Shown in pieces: positions 1 to 10,025 of a DNA stretch of 64,000 nt (positions within the stretch are counted from its first letter, which is position 1; each line of letters opens with the position of its first letter). The stretch spans positions 12,317 through 76,316 of the forward strand of contig CAZWJH010000001.1 in assembly GCA_964634755.1 (NCBI GenBank), given 5' to 3'. Origin of the DNA: an uncultured Clostridia bacterium (GTDB taxonomy: Bacteria > Acidobacteriota > Aminicenantia > JAMOAD01). The notes beneath the pieces are model-generated. The model had not been told where the DNA came from and did not search any database. It was given only the letters and a program-made list of their open reading frames with translations. The position numbers were made by a program, and so were the translations under genes.

Positions 1-22
1 TTCACCGAGTTTTTTATTCTGA

Positions 23-577
23 TTAGATTTCCATTATCTCTTCTTCTTTCTTCTCTGCAATTGTCTCTAACTCTTTTATGTATTTATCAGTTTCTTTCTG
101 AATATCATCATAAAGTCTCTTTTCATCATCCTCTGTTATCTCTTTATCATCCTTCATCTTCTTAACAACATCTCTGTAATCCCTTCTAATATTTCTTATA
201 CTTGCTTTCCTCTCCTCAAGATATTTTTTAACCTTTTTTACCAGGTCTCTTCTTCTTTCCTCATCAAGAGGAGGAACTTTAAGCCTTATTTGAGTTCCAT
301 CATTAATCGGAGTAATTCCTATATTTGCTGCAATAATTGCCTTCTCAATTTTTGAGAGCATATTTTTTTCCCAGGGCTTAATAAGAATGGAATCAGGAAG
401 AGCAAGATTAAGAGTTGCCACCTGATTAAGTAGCATCATATTTCCATAATACTCCACTTTCACACCATCAACAATTGAAAGTGAAGCTCTTCCTGTTCTT
501 ATCTTTTTTAATTCTGAAGAAAAATTCTCAACCACTTCTCTCATTTCTTTGACCATCTCTTTCTTAAAATCTTCCAT
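23..577 (-). CDS. frr: ribosome recycling factor
   Basis: 184 aa. Typical RRF length, coiled-coil composition and conserved core (LNLALPD..IGITP..DG..IRL). Confidence 0.88.
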   Translation of the reverse strand: MEDFKKEMVKEMREVVENFSSELKKIRTGRASLSIVDGVKVEYYGNMMLLNQVATLNLALPDSILIKPWEKNMLSKIEKAIIAANIGITPINDGTQIRLKVPPLDEERRRDLVKKVKKYLEERKASIRNIRRDYRDVVKKMKDDKEITEDDEKRLYDDIQKETDKYIKELETIAEKKEEEIMEI

Positions 578-649
578 CTTATCCTCCTTTTTTATTAAAT
601 AATAATATTAATTAATACGATTTTCAAGGGAATTTGTCAATAGAAAAGA

Positions 650-1144
650 TTATTCTTTGTTCAAATTCAAAAGCTCATCCGGTATATCAACTACAATTTC
701 CCCTTTTTTAATATCAACACTTTTACAAAACTCCTTCACAAAGGGGATTAAAACTTCTCTTCCCTCATACTTTACCACAAGAATTTCATTTCCAGCTTCA
801 ACTATTCCGATGACACTTCCGATGTAATTCCCATCTTTCATCTTGATTCTTAAACCTACTAATTCGTGGAAAAAGAATTCATCTTCCCCTTTTTCAATTG
901 TTTCTTTTTCCGGTATCTTTATCTCTTTACCCCTTAAAAAAAAGTAAGCATCATTATAAGTATCTATTCCTTTAACTTTAAGAATTACTTTTTTATTGAA
1001 AAATTTAAAATACTCCACCTCCCTTTTTTCAGGAAGGTAAATATGTTTTAGCCCTTTATATCTTAAAATATTAGAAGTAAGGGGAAGCACTCTGACTTCC
1101 CCTTTTACCCCAATTGGTTTTCCTATTTTACCAATTGATATCAA
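650..1144 (-). CDS. rimM: 16S rRNA processing protein RimM
   Basis: 164 aa. Begins with the GxVGKPxGxKGEVRV motif of RimM (PRC barrel). Sits in the rpsP-KH-rimM arrangement. Confidence 0.8.
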   Translation of the reverse strand: MISIGKIGKPIGVKGEVRVLPLTSNILRYKGLKHIYLPEKREVEYFKFFNKKVILKVKGIDTYNDAYFFLRGKEIKIPEKETIEKGEDEFFFHELVGLRIKMKDGNYIGSVIGIVEAGNEILVVKYEGREVLIPFVKEFCKSVDIKKGEIVVDIPDELLNLNKE

Positions 1145-1152
1145 AAAAAGTC

Positions 1153-1392
1153 TTATTTGCCCTTTTCAATTATCTCCAGGGTATATCTTCTTCTCTGTTT
1201 CATCCCAGCTGCACCGAGAATTGTTCTTATGGCCCTGGCAGTTCTTCCCTGTCTTCCGATTACCTTACCAAGGTCATTTGGGTCCACTCTCAATTCAAGA
1301 ATGGTTGTTTGCTCACCATCAAGCTGAGTAACATTAACCTTTTCAGGGTGATCAACTAAAGATTTTGCAATCATTTCTACTAAGTCCTTCAC
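1153..1392 (-). CDS. KH-domain RNA-binding protein (YlqC/UPF0109 family)
   Basis: 79 aa with GxxG KH motif ([16 protein letters not shown]). Conserved position between rpsP and rimM. Confidence 0.75.
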   Translation of the reverse strand: MKDLVEMIAKSLVDHPEKVNVTQLDGEQTTILELRVDPNDLGKVIGRQGRTARAIRTILGAAGMKQRRRYTLEIIEKGK

Positions 1393-1408
1393 GGTAACCT
1401 CCTATAGT

Positions 1409-1657
1409 TTAATTGTTCTTGAATTCTGGTAATTTCTTAAATATAGCCTTCACGGAAGCCGTGGGCTGCGCTCCCTTTGATAACCAGTATTTAGCTTTTT
1501 CTGTATCCACTTTAATCTCACTTGGGTTTTTGAGTGGATTATAATACCCTATATAATCAATAACTTTTGTTTCTCTTGGCTTTCTCTTATCAACAATTAC
1601 AATTCTGTAAAAAGGGCTGTTCTTTCTCCCCATTCTCGTTAATCTGATTGTTACCAT
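1409..1657 (-). CDS. rpsP: 30S ribosomal protein S16
   Basis: 82 aa. N-terminus [21 protein letters not shown] is classic S16. Confidence 0.9.
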   Translation of the reverse strand: MVTIRLTRMGRKNSPFYRIVIVDKRKPRETKVIDYIGYYNPLKNPSEIKVDTEKAKYWLSKGAQPTASVKAIFKKLPEFKNN

Positions 1658-1743
1658 TCTGTTTTCTCCTCCATCAAAAATTAGTGACTATTTTACCTCT
1701 TTTATCGTCAAATGTCAATCTTTGTTTCACTTAATTCCAAATC

Positions 1744-1772
1744 TTGATTAAAAATTATTAAAATATTATAAT
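1744..1772 (+). promoter_or_regulatory. putative sigma-70 promoter for tRNA-Ser (-35 TTGATT, 17-nt spacer, -10 TATAAT)
   Basis: TTGATT at 1744-1749 and TATAAT at 1767-1772, about 10 nt before the tRNA 5' end. Confidence 0.4.
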
Positions 1773-1782
1773 ACACTTCTTC

Positions 1783-1872
1783 GGAGAGGTGGCTGAGTGG
1801 TTGAAAGCGGCGGTCTTGAAAACCGTTTTCCGGGTAACCGGAACGGGGGTTCGAATCCCTCCCTCTCCGCCA
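1783..1872 (+). tRNA. tRNA-Ser (anticodon TGA) with encoded CCA
   Basis: Cloverleaf folds by eye: acceptor GGAGAGG/CCTCTCC, D-stem GCT/AGC, anticodon loop CTTGAAA, long variable arm, T-loop TTCGAAT, 3' GCCA. Confidence 0.85.
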
Positions 1873-1882
1873 TTCACTCTTA

Positions 1883-4126
1883 TCATAAAAATTTTCTCTT
1901 CAAGATTTCTTCGAGGTATTCTTCACCAACCAAAACCTCTCTCGGTTTACTCCCCTGAGCCTGTCCGACTATCCCTTGCTCCTCCATCATCTCTATATAT
2001 CTTGCAGCTTTGTTATACCCGATTTTCATCTTTCTCTGAAGATATGAAGCGGAAGCTTTTCCCGTGTGTATCACTATTTTAAGTGCCTCTATAAATTCTG
2101 CACCTTCCTCTGCAAAAATATCCTCACCACTTGAAAATCCGCTTTCATATCTTGAAAGTACGGATAAATCAAACTTTGGCTTTGTTTGAGCTCTTAAAAA
2201 TTTCACAACCCTTGCAACCTCAGCCTCAGATACAAAAGATCCATGCACCCTTATAAGCATTGATGAAGCGGGAGGCATAAATAGCATATCTCCTTTTCCT
2301 AAAAGTTTTTCCGCGCCTGCGGTATCTATAATCGTCTGAGAATCATGGCGGGATGGGACAGTAAGAGCAATTCTTGATGGAAGATTATTCTTAATTGTAC
2401 CAGTTATAACATCCGTGGAAGGTCTTTGGGTAGCCAATATCAAATGAATTCCGGCTGCTCTTGCCATCTGCGCAAGCCTTGCCACAGATGTTTCAACATC
2501 TTTAGATGCAACCATCATAAGGTCTGCCAATTCATCTATTACTATGATAATATACGGCATAGGTACAATTTCATCCTCAGGCCAATCATCCAATCTTTTC
2601 ATCTTTCCGGATTTGATTGCCCTTATCTTCTCATTATACATTGCAATATTTCTACTCTGAAAAAGAGCCAGCTTCTTTAATCTGTTTTCCATCTCATATA
2701 TTGCCCATTTTAGAGCCATTGAAGCTTCTTTGGGATCAAGTACCACCTTTGTTTTAAGATGGGGCAATTGCTCATATACACTAAACTCAAGCCTCTTGGG
2801 ATCAACCAAAATAAAATTAACTTCCTCGGGTGTTGCTCTGTAAAGTATGCTCACAATAATGGAGTGAATAGCTACACTCTTACCCATTCCCGTTGCTCCG
2901 GCAATCAAAAGATGTGGCATTCTGTCAAGCGCTGTAACAACCGGCTCTCCCCTTACATTCTTTCCCAAAACAATAGTCAAAAGATTGGAAGAATTCCGGT
3001 ACTCCGAACTTTCTAAAATCTCCCTTAAATAAATTGTTTGTCTGTTATAATTGGGAATCTCTATACCCAAAGTCTCTTTCCCCTTAATCCTACTTATCCT
3101 AACATTCTCAGCTTTCAGGGCAAGGGAAAGATCTTCCGAAAGAGCGATTACTTGCGAAATTTTTATTCCCCTTTCAGGTTTGTACTCAAAGGTGGATATT
3201 ACAGGACCCGGATGATACTCAACTACTTTTCCGTTTATATTAAACTCTCTTAATTTTTCCTCTATTATTCTCTTTTTGTTGGAAAGCTCCGTATCATCAA
3301 CGGATTTTACTCTTTTAGGAGGAGCATCAAGAAGAGAAATAGGAGGAAGCTCAAGGCCCTCCTTCTTTTTCTTTCTTGCAAGATTTCTCGTATCTTCGGG
3401 CATCAAAATTATCTTCTCCCTCTTTTCTGTTCTTTGAGGAACCTTTGCCGGCTCCTTTTTCTCTCTTACAATTCTTTTCCTCTCTCTTCCATAATCTTCC
3501 TTCTCCCTTATTCTCCTCTCTTTATTTATCTCATACTTTAACTTTAATTCCTTAACAAATAATACAAAATTAGAAATCATTCTCCTTACTGAAAAACCAA
3601 AAGAAAGAATTAAGGAAATAATAAAAAGGAAAATAAAGAACAAGGATGATCCCACATGATTCAAAAGATTGTTAGCAATTGAGACCATTCCTTTGCCTAA
3701 AACCCCTCCGCCAAGAATGTAAAAGCCTTTAACCTTAATTTTTTCAAAAAGTATTGAAAAGAGAGATCCCGAAGAAATTTGAAGAAGGACAAACCCCATA
3801 TAATTTATTAATTTTGTAAATTTTCTCTTGAATGTAAAAAAATCGTAAGAAATCAATAAAATAAATAGAATGAAAAAATAAGCACTAAGTCCGAAAATAT
3901 AAAAGAAAAAATCTGCAAAAAAAGCTCCCGCTTTACCCATAAGATTCCTTACAGGCAAATTTGAAGATGTAAAAATACCGGAATCATTGGGATAATATGA
4001 AATAAAGCTTAAAAAAAGAAAAATAAAAACAAAAAATAAAAAAATAGCAATAGATTCCTTAACAACCTCTCTTTTCTTGTCCATTTCAAAATAATTATAG
4101 CAAATAAAAAGAAAAAATGCACACAA
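1883..4126 (-). CDS. ftsK: DNA translocase FtsK (N-terminal membrane domain, C-terminal motor with Walker A GATGMGKS and gamma winged helix)
   Basis: 747-aa ORF. The real start is probably MDKKRE near 4084. TM segments, a long K/E linker, then an FtsK/SpoIIIE ATPase core. Confidence 0.88.
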   Translation of the reverse strand: MCAFFLFICYNYFEMDKKREVVKESIAIFLFFVFIFLFLSFISYYPNDSGIFTSSNLPVRNLMGKAGAFFADFFFYIFGLSAYFFILFILLISYDFFTFKRKFTKLINYMGFVLLQISSGSLFSILFEKIKVKGFYILGGGVLGKGMVSIANNLLNHVGSSLFFIFLFIISLILSFGFSVRRMISNFVLFVKELKLKYEINKERRIREKEDYGRERKRIVREKKEPAKVPQRTEKREKIILMPEDTRNLARKKKKEGLELPPISLLDAPPKRVKSVDDTELSNKKRIIEEKLREFNINGKVVEYHPGPVISTFEYKPERGIKISQVIALSEDLSLALKAENVRISRIKGKETLGIEIPNYNRQTIYLREILESSEYRNSSNLLTIVLGKNVRGEPVVTALDRMPHLLIAGATGMGKSVAIHSIIVSILYRATPEEVNFILVDPKRLEFSVYEQLPHLKTKVVLDPKEASMALKWAIYEMENRLKKLALFQSRNIAMYNEKIRAIKSGKMKRLDDWPEDEIVPMPYIIIVIDELADLMMVASKDVETSVARLAQMARAAGIHLILATQRPSTDVITGTIKNNLPSRIALTVPSRHDSQTIIDTAGAEKLLGKGDMLFMPPASSMLIRVHGSFVSEAEVARVVKFLRAQTKPKFDLSVLSRYESGFSSGEDIFAEEGAEFIEALKIVIHTGKASASYLQRKMKIGYNKAARYIEMMEEQGIVGQAQGSKPREVLVGEEYLEEILKRKFL

Positions 4127-4241
4127 TATGTAGGTTAATCACCAGTAATTGCCTAATTATGTTGTGAATTTTTATTTTACGAAAAGAATCCTCTAAGTTT
4201 GTTTTTAAAATCAGTTGCATTAAACAGCTGCTTTACAAATA

Positions 4242-4250
4242 TGTTATAAT
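4242..4250 (+). promoter_or_regulatory. extended -10 element (TGTTATAAT) upstream of the histidine phosphatase/argS pair
   Basis: TGnTATAAT match 42 nt upstream of the ATG at 4292. No good -35. Confidence 0.3.
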
Positions 4251-4291
4251 ACAATACTAAAATTTTTTAATATTCCTAGTAAAGGTGGTAA

Positions 4292-4900
4292 ATGAATATT
4301 TATATTGTAAGACATGGTTCAACCGAGTGGAATGAAAAGGATCTTGTACAGGGTAATATTGATATTGAGCTTTCTGAAAAGGGCAGAGTTGAAGTTGAAA
4401 AAACAGCGGAATTTTTAAAAAATATTAGGTTCAAAAGGATTTTTTCAAGTGAAATGAAAAGGGCTTTTCACACTGCTGAAATCATTAATAAAAACAAAAA
4501 CCTTGAAATAACAACAGTGAAAGAGTTAAATGAGCTTGATTGCGGTGAGTGGGAAGGACTTACAATGCAGCAAATCAGAGAGGAGAGAGCTGATGAGTAC
4601 TCAACGCTCAGAAAAAATCCTGAGTATAAGATACCGGGAGGGGAATCATTCATGGATGTCGTAAGAAGGTTTAAGGTCGGATGGGAAAAAGTAATGAGGA
4701 TGAGCAGCGGTGAAGATTTCCTTTTTGTAACTCACATAGTAATAACAAGAGCCTTTCTCTTTACAAACATGGGAATACCTTACGAAAGTGTAAGATCTTT
4801 TATTATAAACAATGCTTCCTTTACTCACTTTGAATTTGATAATGGGAGATACTTTTTAAAACTCTGGAATTACAGGCCTTACGAAAATGGAATATATTAA
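4292..4900 (+). CDS. histidine phosphatase family protein (phosphoglycerate mutase-like, CobC/GpmB type)
   Basis: N-terminal RHGxTxWN motif (IVRHGSTEWN) and a later catalytic His region (VTHIVITRAF). Confidence 0.75.
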   Translation: MNIYIVRHGSTEWNEKDLVQGNIDIELSEKGRVEVEKTAEFLKNIRFKRIFSSEMKRAFHTAEIINKNKNLEITTVKELNELDCGEWEGLTMQQIREERADEYSTLRKNPEYKIPGGESFMDVVRRFKVGWEKVMRMSSGEDFLFVTHIVITRAFLFTNMGIPYESVRSFIINNASFTHFEFDNGRYFLKLWNYRPYENGIY

Positions 4901-6788
4901 AAGAAAGATAGAGACAAAAGTCAGTGAATATGTAAAAAAAGAGTTCGGGGAGGGTTATCCCGTAAGATTTTTAAATCCTCCGAAAATTTCAATGGGAGAT
5001 CTTACCCTCTCATCAGCATTTGAGATAGGAAAAAAGCTGAGAAAAAATCCTAGGGAAATAGCAGAAAGATTTAAGTCAGTCCTCGAAAAATTGGAAGAAG
5101 TGGAGAAAATTGAAATAGCAGGTCCCGGATACATAAACTTTTTTTTCAAAAAAGAAAAGTATTTTAAAGATATAGAAAAGGTTTTAAATTACAACAGAGA
5201 AACCGATAAAAAAGAAAAAATAATAGTTGAGCACACAAATATTAATCCTAACAAAGCCGCTCACATAGGACACATAAGAAATGCTGTTTTGGGAGATACA
5301 TTAGTGAGAATGCTCAAAGCAACCGGTAAAAAGGTGGAGGTTCAGAATTATATTGATGATACGGGAGTTCAGGTTGCGGATGTTGTTTACGGTGTTCTTT
5401 ATATTGACAAAAAGAGTATTTATGAGCTTAAAAAAATCGATAAAATTGATTATTATCTCTGGGATCTCTATGTAAAAGTTTATGAAAAAGATGATGAGGA
5501 GAGCAAACAAAAGAGAAGAGAAGTTCATCATAAAATAGAAAAAGGGGTGAATCCTGAAAAAGAGTATGCTGAATTTATCTCAACGGAGGTTTTGAAAAGA
5601 CACCTTCAAACCACAGCCCGCCTCGGGATAGATTATGATGTTTTACCGAGAGAAAGTGATATTATATCCCTTAAATTCTGGGAAAGTGCTTTTGAACTTA
5701 TGAAGGAAAAAGGGGTGATATATTTTCAAACAGAGGGTGATAATAAAGGCTGCTGGGTTATGAAAGTTTTTGAAGACGGAGAGGAGAGGGAAAAGGTAAT
5801 AGTCAAGTCAAACGGAGCAATTACCTATGTCGGGAAAGACATTTCCTATCATCTCTGGAAATTCGGCCTTTTTGAAAAAGATTTTTATTATAAAAAGCTT
5901 GACAACAGGCACTACATCACAACATCCTCAAAAGAGGATGCCGATAAAAATGTATCTTTCGGTAAAGGTGACAGAGTTTATAATGTCATAGATCAAAGAC
6001 AATCCTATCTTCAAAATATAGTAAAAAAAGCTCTTAAAAAAATGAGTTTTGAAAAGCAATCGGAAAACCTTATTCACTTTTCTTATGAAGTTGTCGCTCT
6101 TTCGAAAAAATCCGCAAAGGAAATGGGTTTTGATATTAACACGGACAAATCATTTGTTGAAGTTTCAGGAAGAAGGGGAGTTGGAGTTAAAGCTGATGAT
6201 CTCATTGATGAGCTTGAAAAAAGAGCCTTAAAAGAAGTTAAAGAAAGGCACCCCGAGTTTTTTTCGAAAAAATCCGAATTAATAGCAAAGATGATTTCAT
6301 CATCAGCATTAAGATACTATATGATTAAATACACATTAAACTCAATGATTGTTTTTGATTTTGAAGAAGCCCTTAAATTTGAGGGGGAAACAGGTCCCTA
6401 CCTTCAATACTCAAATGTTAGGATGAAAAGCCTTTTCAGAAAATTCGAAGAGGAGTTCGGGGAAAAGCCCGAAGATGAAATACAGCCTCCTTACTCACTC
6501 AATTCCTTTGAACCAAAAGAGATAGAAGAGCTCTGGGAAGCCATTATAATAGGCTCGCGATTTGATAATGAGCTTGATACAGCCATAAAAAACTTGGAGC
6601 CTTCGAGGCTTGCAAAGTACGGATTTTATCTGTGCCAAAAGCTTAATTTCATATACAATAATTTTCCGGTGATCAAGGAGAAAAACCAGGAGAGAAGAAA
6701 AGTCATACTCTTTACATTGCACTTTTTATACAAACAATTAAATAAAGTTTTGGATATTTTAGGAATAGAAAAACCTGAAGCAATGTAG
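4887..6788 (+). CDS. argS: arginine--tRNA ligase
   Basis: 633 aa. HIGH-type motif (PNKAAHIGHIRNAVLGD) and a class I ArgRS anticodon-binding C-terminus. Overlaps the upstream gene by 14 nt. Confidence 0.88.
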   Translation: MEYIKRKIETKVSEYVKKEFGEGYPVRFLNPPKISMGDLTLSSAFEIGKKLRKNPREIAERFKSVLEKLEEVEKIEIAGPGYINFFFKKEKYFKDIEKVLNYNRETDKKEKIIVEHTNINPNKAAHIGHIRNAVLGDTLVRMLKATGKKVEVQNYIDDTGVQVADVVYGVLYIDKKSIYELKKIDKIDYYLWDLYVKVYEKDDEESKQKRREVHHKIEKGVNPEKEYAEFISTEVLKRHLQTTARLGIDYDVLPRESDIISLKFWESAFELMKEKGVIYFQTEGDNKGCWVMKVFEDGEEREKVIVKSNGAITYVGKDISYHLWKFGLFEKDFYYKKLDNRHYITTSSKEDADKNVSFGKGDRVYNVIDQRQSYLQNIVKKALKKMSFEKQSENLIHFSYEVVALSKKSAKEMGFDINTDKSFVEVSGRRGVGVKADDLIDELEKRALKEVKERHPEFFSKKSELIAKMISSSALRYYMIKYTLNSMIVFDFEEALKFEGETGPYLQYSNVRMKSLFRKFEEEFGEKPEDEIQPPYSLNSFEPKEIEELWEAIIIGSRFDNELDTAIKNLEPSRLAKYGFYLCQKLNFIYNNFPVIKEKNQERRKVILFTLHFLYKQLNKVLDILGIEKPEAM

Positions 6789-6797
6789 GAGGTGTAA

Positions 6798-7724
6798 ATG
6801 ATTGAGGTAAACAATCTAACCCGTAAGTACGGGGAGAAAGTTGCTGTAAACAATATCTCCTTTTCGGTTGAAAAGGGAAAGATCTGGGGATTTCTGGGAC
6901 CCAACGGAGCAGGAAAGACAACCACAATGAGAATTCTAACAGGCTATCTTCCTCCGACAGAGGGAAGTGCAAAAGTTGCCGGATTTGACATTACAAAAGA
7001 GCCATTGAAAGCAAAAAAACACATTGGATATCTTCCGGAAATTCCACCACTTTACAATGAGATGACAGTAAAAGGCTACATAAGCTTTGTGGCTGAGCTA
7101 AAAGGAGTTAGCGGAAAAGAAAAAAAGACAGCAATCGGACAGGCAATAGAGAAAGCAGGACTTTCCGCTGTGGCAGGAAGGCTTATTAAAAATCTTTCAA
7201 AAGGATACAGACAGAGAGTAGGAATTGCTCAGGCAATAGTTAACAATCCTGATATTCTTATTCTTGATGAACCTACAATAGGACTCGATCCTGCTCAGAT
7301 AATAGAAATTCGTGAACTTATAAAATCCCTGAGAGGAGAGCATACTGTAATCCTTTCCACTCACATTCTACCTGAAGTTACTCAGACCTGCGACGGAGTT
7401 GTTATTATTAATGAAGGTCAGCTCAGAGCATCAGGCCCTTTGGAGGAAATTCAAAAAAAGTTCAGTGAAGAAAATGGGATTTACCTTGAAACAGAGCCTG
7501 AAATTTCAGAAGATGAGTTAAAAGGAGTTGACGGAATAAAGGATGTTCTTAAAAGCGGAAATGGTTATAAGCTTTTCTGGGAAGACGAAGAAAAGGGAAC
7601 AAAATCCTTAAATGAATTCATAAGGTCAAAATCTTTAAACATCAAGGAATGGAAAAGACTTTCTTCAACTCTTGAAGACATATATCTTAAAATTGTTGCT
7701 TCAGACAAAGGAGGTGTGAAATGA
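6798..7724 (+). CDS. ABC transporter ATP-binding protein (GldA-like)
   Basis: Walker A GPNGAGKTT, signature LSKGYRQR, Walker B ILILDEP. Confidence 0.88.
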   Translation: MIEVNNLTRKYGEKVAVNNISFSVEKGKIWGFLGPNGAGKTTTMRILTGYLPPTEGSAKVAGFDITKEPLKAKKHIGYLPEIPPLYNEMTVKGYISFVAELKGVSGKEKKTAIGQAIEKAGLSAVAGRLIKNLSKGYRQRVGIAQAIVNNPDILILDEPTIGLDPAQIIEIRELIKSLRGEHTVILSTHILPEVTQTCDGVVIINEGQLRASGPLEEIQKKFSEENGIYLETEPEISEDELKGVDGIKDVLKSGNGYKLFWEDEEKGTKSLNEFIRSKSLNIKEWKRLSSTLEDIYLKIVASDKGGVK

Positions 7725-8488
7725 GAGGACTTTGGGCGATTACAAAAAAAGAGATAAAGACCTATCTTACATCTCCCATTGCTTATGTTCTAATAGCGGT
7801 TTTCCTTCTTATAAGCGGATACTTTTTTTACAATATGATCTGGTGGTTTAATTCTCAGAGCATTGCAATGTCAAGAAATCCATATTATATGAAACAATTG
7901 AATATAAACAGATTTGTCTATGAGCCTCTTTTTCACAATATTTCTGTAATACTTCTTCTTATTTTCCCGCTTCTTACAATGAGGCTTTTCGCCGAAGAGA
8001 AGAGAACGGGCACAGAGGAGCTTTTGTACACAAGCTCTGTTACAAATACCGAAATAGTTGTGGGAAAATTCTTGGGTGCGACTTTTGTTCTCTTTATTAT
8101 GCTTCTTTTAACCGGAGTTTATGCTGTTTTCGGATATCTTTACAGTAGCCCTGAAACCATTCCACTTTTGATGGGATACTTAGGACTTTTTCTTATGGGG
8201 ATTGCATTTATCGGCATCGGATTATTTTTCTCATCAATTACGGAAAGTCAGGTGGTTGCAGCATCATTAAGTTTTGGTATGCTTTTGCTTTTGTGGGTTC
8301 TTTCGTGGAGCGGACAGGCAGCAGGGCCCTCACTTAAACCTATTCTCAACTACCTCTCATTCTTTGAGCATTTTAAGGATATGCCGAGAGGAGTCCTGAA
8401 TCTTACTGACCTTGTCTATTATCTGAGTGTTGCATACTTCTTTTTATTTTTAACACAATCCTACTTGGAATCAAGAAGGTGGAGGTGA
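7721..8488 (+). CDS. ABC-2 family permease (GldF-like)
   Basis: 255-aa polytopic membrane protein, translationally coupled to the ATPase. Confidence 0.72.
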   Translation: MRGLWAITKKEIKTYLTSPIAYVLIAVFLLISGYFFYNMIWWFNSQSIAMSRNPYYMKQLNINRFVYEPLFHNISVILLLIFPLLTMRLFAEEKRTGTEELLYTSSVTNTEIVVGKFLGATFVLFIMLLLTGVYAVFGYLYSSPETIPLLMGYLGLFLMGIAFIGIGLFFSSITESQVVAASLSFGMLLLLWVLSWSGQAAGPSLKPILNYLSFFEHFKDMPRGVLNLTDLVYYLSVAYFFLFLTQSYLESRRWR

Positions 8489-8492
8489 TAAA

Positions 8493-10025
8493 ATGGAAGG
8501 TTTTAAAAAAGTACTCAATTACATAGCAATAATATTAATAGTTGTGGGTATAGCACTTTTTAAAATAATTCCTGACAAATCCTTTATCGGCTGGATTATT
8601 CTTGCCTTAGGTGTAGCGGGTTATATTTTTTACCTTTACCTTAACAGAGACAATCTTAAGGATAGTTTAAAGAGAAAAACACTACTTTACAGCAGCAATC
8701 TCTTTATAATAGTAATACTTGTTCTGGCGATAATAGTGGCATTAAATATTCTTACAATGAAGCTCCAAAAGAGATATGATTTTACCGAAGGTAAGATATA
8801 CTCCCTTTCCCCTCAGACAATAAAGGTTTTGAAAAACCTTAAAAAGGATCTTTCGATAAAGGCCTTTTATTCTGATACGGGAACAAGAGTTGCGGAAGAT
8901 ACTTTGAAACTTTACAGGTTCTATTCCCCGAAAATAAGATATGAGATAATAGATCCCAACAAAAATCCGGGGCTTGCAAGAAGGTATAATATTACCGCTG
9001 AAGGTACAACAGTACTTGAATACGGGGATAAAGAGGAAAAGTTAGAATCTCTTACGGAAGAGGAGCTTACAAATGCAATAATCAAAATCACAAGGGAGAC
9101 AAAAAAGAAAGTATGCTTTTTGCAGGGGCATGGAGAGGCTTCCGTAAAAGATACTGATAAAACCGGTATATCATCTCTGGGTGATTCTCTTAAAAAGGTA
9201 GGATATGAAGTCAGTGATTTGAATATAGCTGAAAAAGGGAAAATTCCCGAATCCTGCGATATTTTGGTCGTTGCGGGACCTCAGAAACCTCTCTTTGATA
9301 ATGAAATCAAGATGATGGATGATTTTATAAAAGAGGGCAAAAGTGTTTTTCTGATGGTTGACCCGGACACTGGTTCCAAGCTTGAGAAAATGATTAAAAA
9401 GTACGGAGTATCCCTTGATAATGATGTTGTAGTGGATTTGGTATCAAGGGTTTTGAGCGGAGATCCTCTCATGCCCATTGTAAACAAATATGAGTACCAT
9501 GAGATAACCAAAAACTTCAAATATGCAGCTCTTTTCCCATATGCAAGATCAGTTACAGCTTTAAAACCTGCTCCAAAGGATGTAAGTGTGACAGAGCTTG
9601 CAAAGACATCTCCAAATGCATGGGGAGAGACAAATATGAAAGAGGAGCTTAAAACAGGAAAATTAACATTTAATCCCGACCAAGACAAACCCGGTCCGGT
9701 TTCACTTATAGCAGTATCAGACATAACGATAAATGAAAAAGATGGAAAGAGTAAAGAGGCAAGGCTTGTTGTTGTGGGGGATTCTGATTTTGCAAAAAAT
9801 TCATTCATAGGAACCTCGGGAAATGAAAATCTAATTATGAATATAATAAATTATCTTTCACAGCAAAAAGATTTAATTTCAATAACACCAAAATCAGCAA
9901 GAACTTCGGCAATCACCCTTACTCCCGCTCAGGGAAGTTTGATTTTTTATGTCAGCATAGTAATATTACCTCTTCTGCTTTTATTCATAGGAATAGCAGT
10001 CTGGATTAGGAGGAGGGCATTATGA
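8493..10025 (+). CDS. GldG-like ABC-type transport accessory protein
   Basis: 510 aa with N- and C-terminal TM anchors and a large extracytoplasmic domain, in the GldA-GldF-GldG order. Confidence 0.65.
   Translation: MEGFKKVLNYIAIILIVVGIALFKIIPDKSFIGWIILALGVAGYIFYLYLNRDNLKDSLKRKTLLYSSNLFIIVILVLAIIVALNILTMKLQKRYDFTEGKIYSLSPQTIKVLKNLKKDLSIKAFYSDTGTRVAEDTLKLYRFYSPKIRYEIIDPNKNPGLARRYNITAEGTTVLEYGDKEEKLESLTEEELTNAIIKITRETKKKVCFLQGHGEASVKDTDKTGISSLGDSLKKVGYEVSDLNIAEKGKIPESCDILVVAGPQKPLFDNEIKMMDDFIKEGKSVFLMVDPDTGSKLEKMIKKYGVSLDNDVVVDLVSRVLSGDPLMPIVNKYEYHEITKNFKYAALFPYARSVTALKPAPKDVSVTELAKTSPNAWGETNMKEELKTGKLTFNPDQDKPGPVSLIAVSDITINEKDGKSKEARLVVVGDSDFAKNSFIGTSGNENLIMNIINYLSQQKDLISITPKSARTSAITLTPAQGSLIFYVSIVILPLLLLFIGIAVWIRRRAL

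Noticed and set aside
1789-2082. 97-aa plus-strand ORF starting inside tRNA-Ser and running antisense to ftsK
   Set aside because: Overlaps a well-folding tRNA and the ftsK C-terminus. No RBS. Composition typical of antisense frames.
9281-9808. Numerous 60-175 aa ORFs antisense to confident genes (e.g. 9281-9808, 14853-15110, 18025-18306, 22435-22650, 31213-31539, 38587-38796, 54812-55177)
   Set aside because: All are embedded in the opposite strand of strongly supported genes. They have S/F/L-rich low-complexity composition and lack RBS. Treated as frame artefacts.
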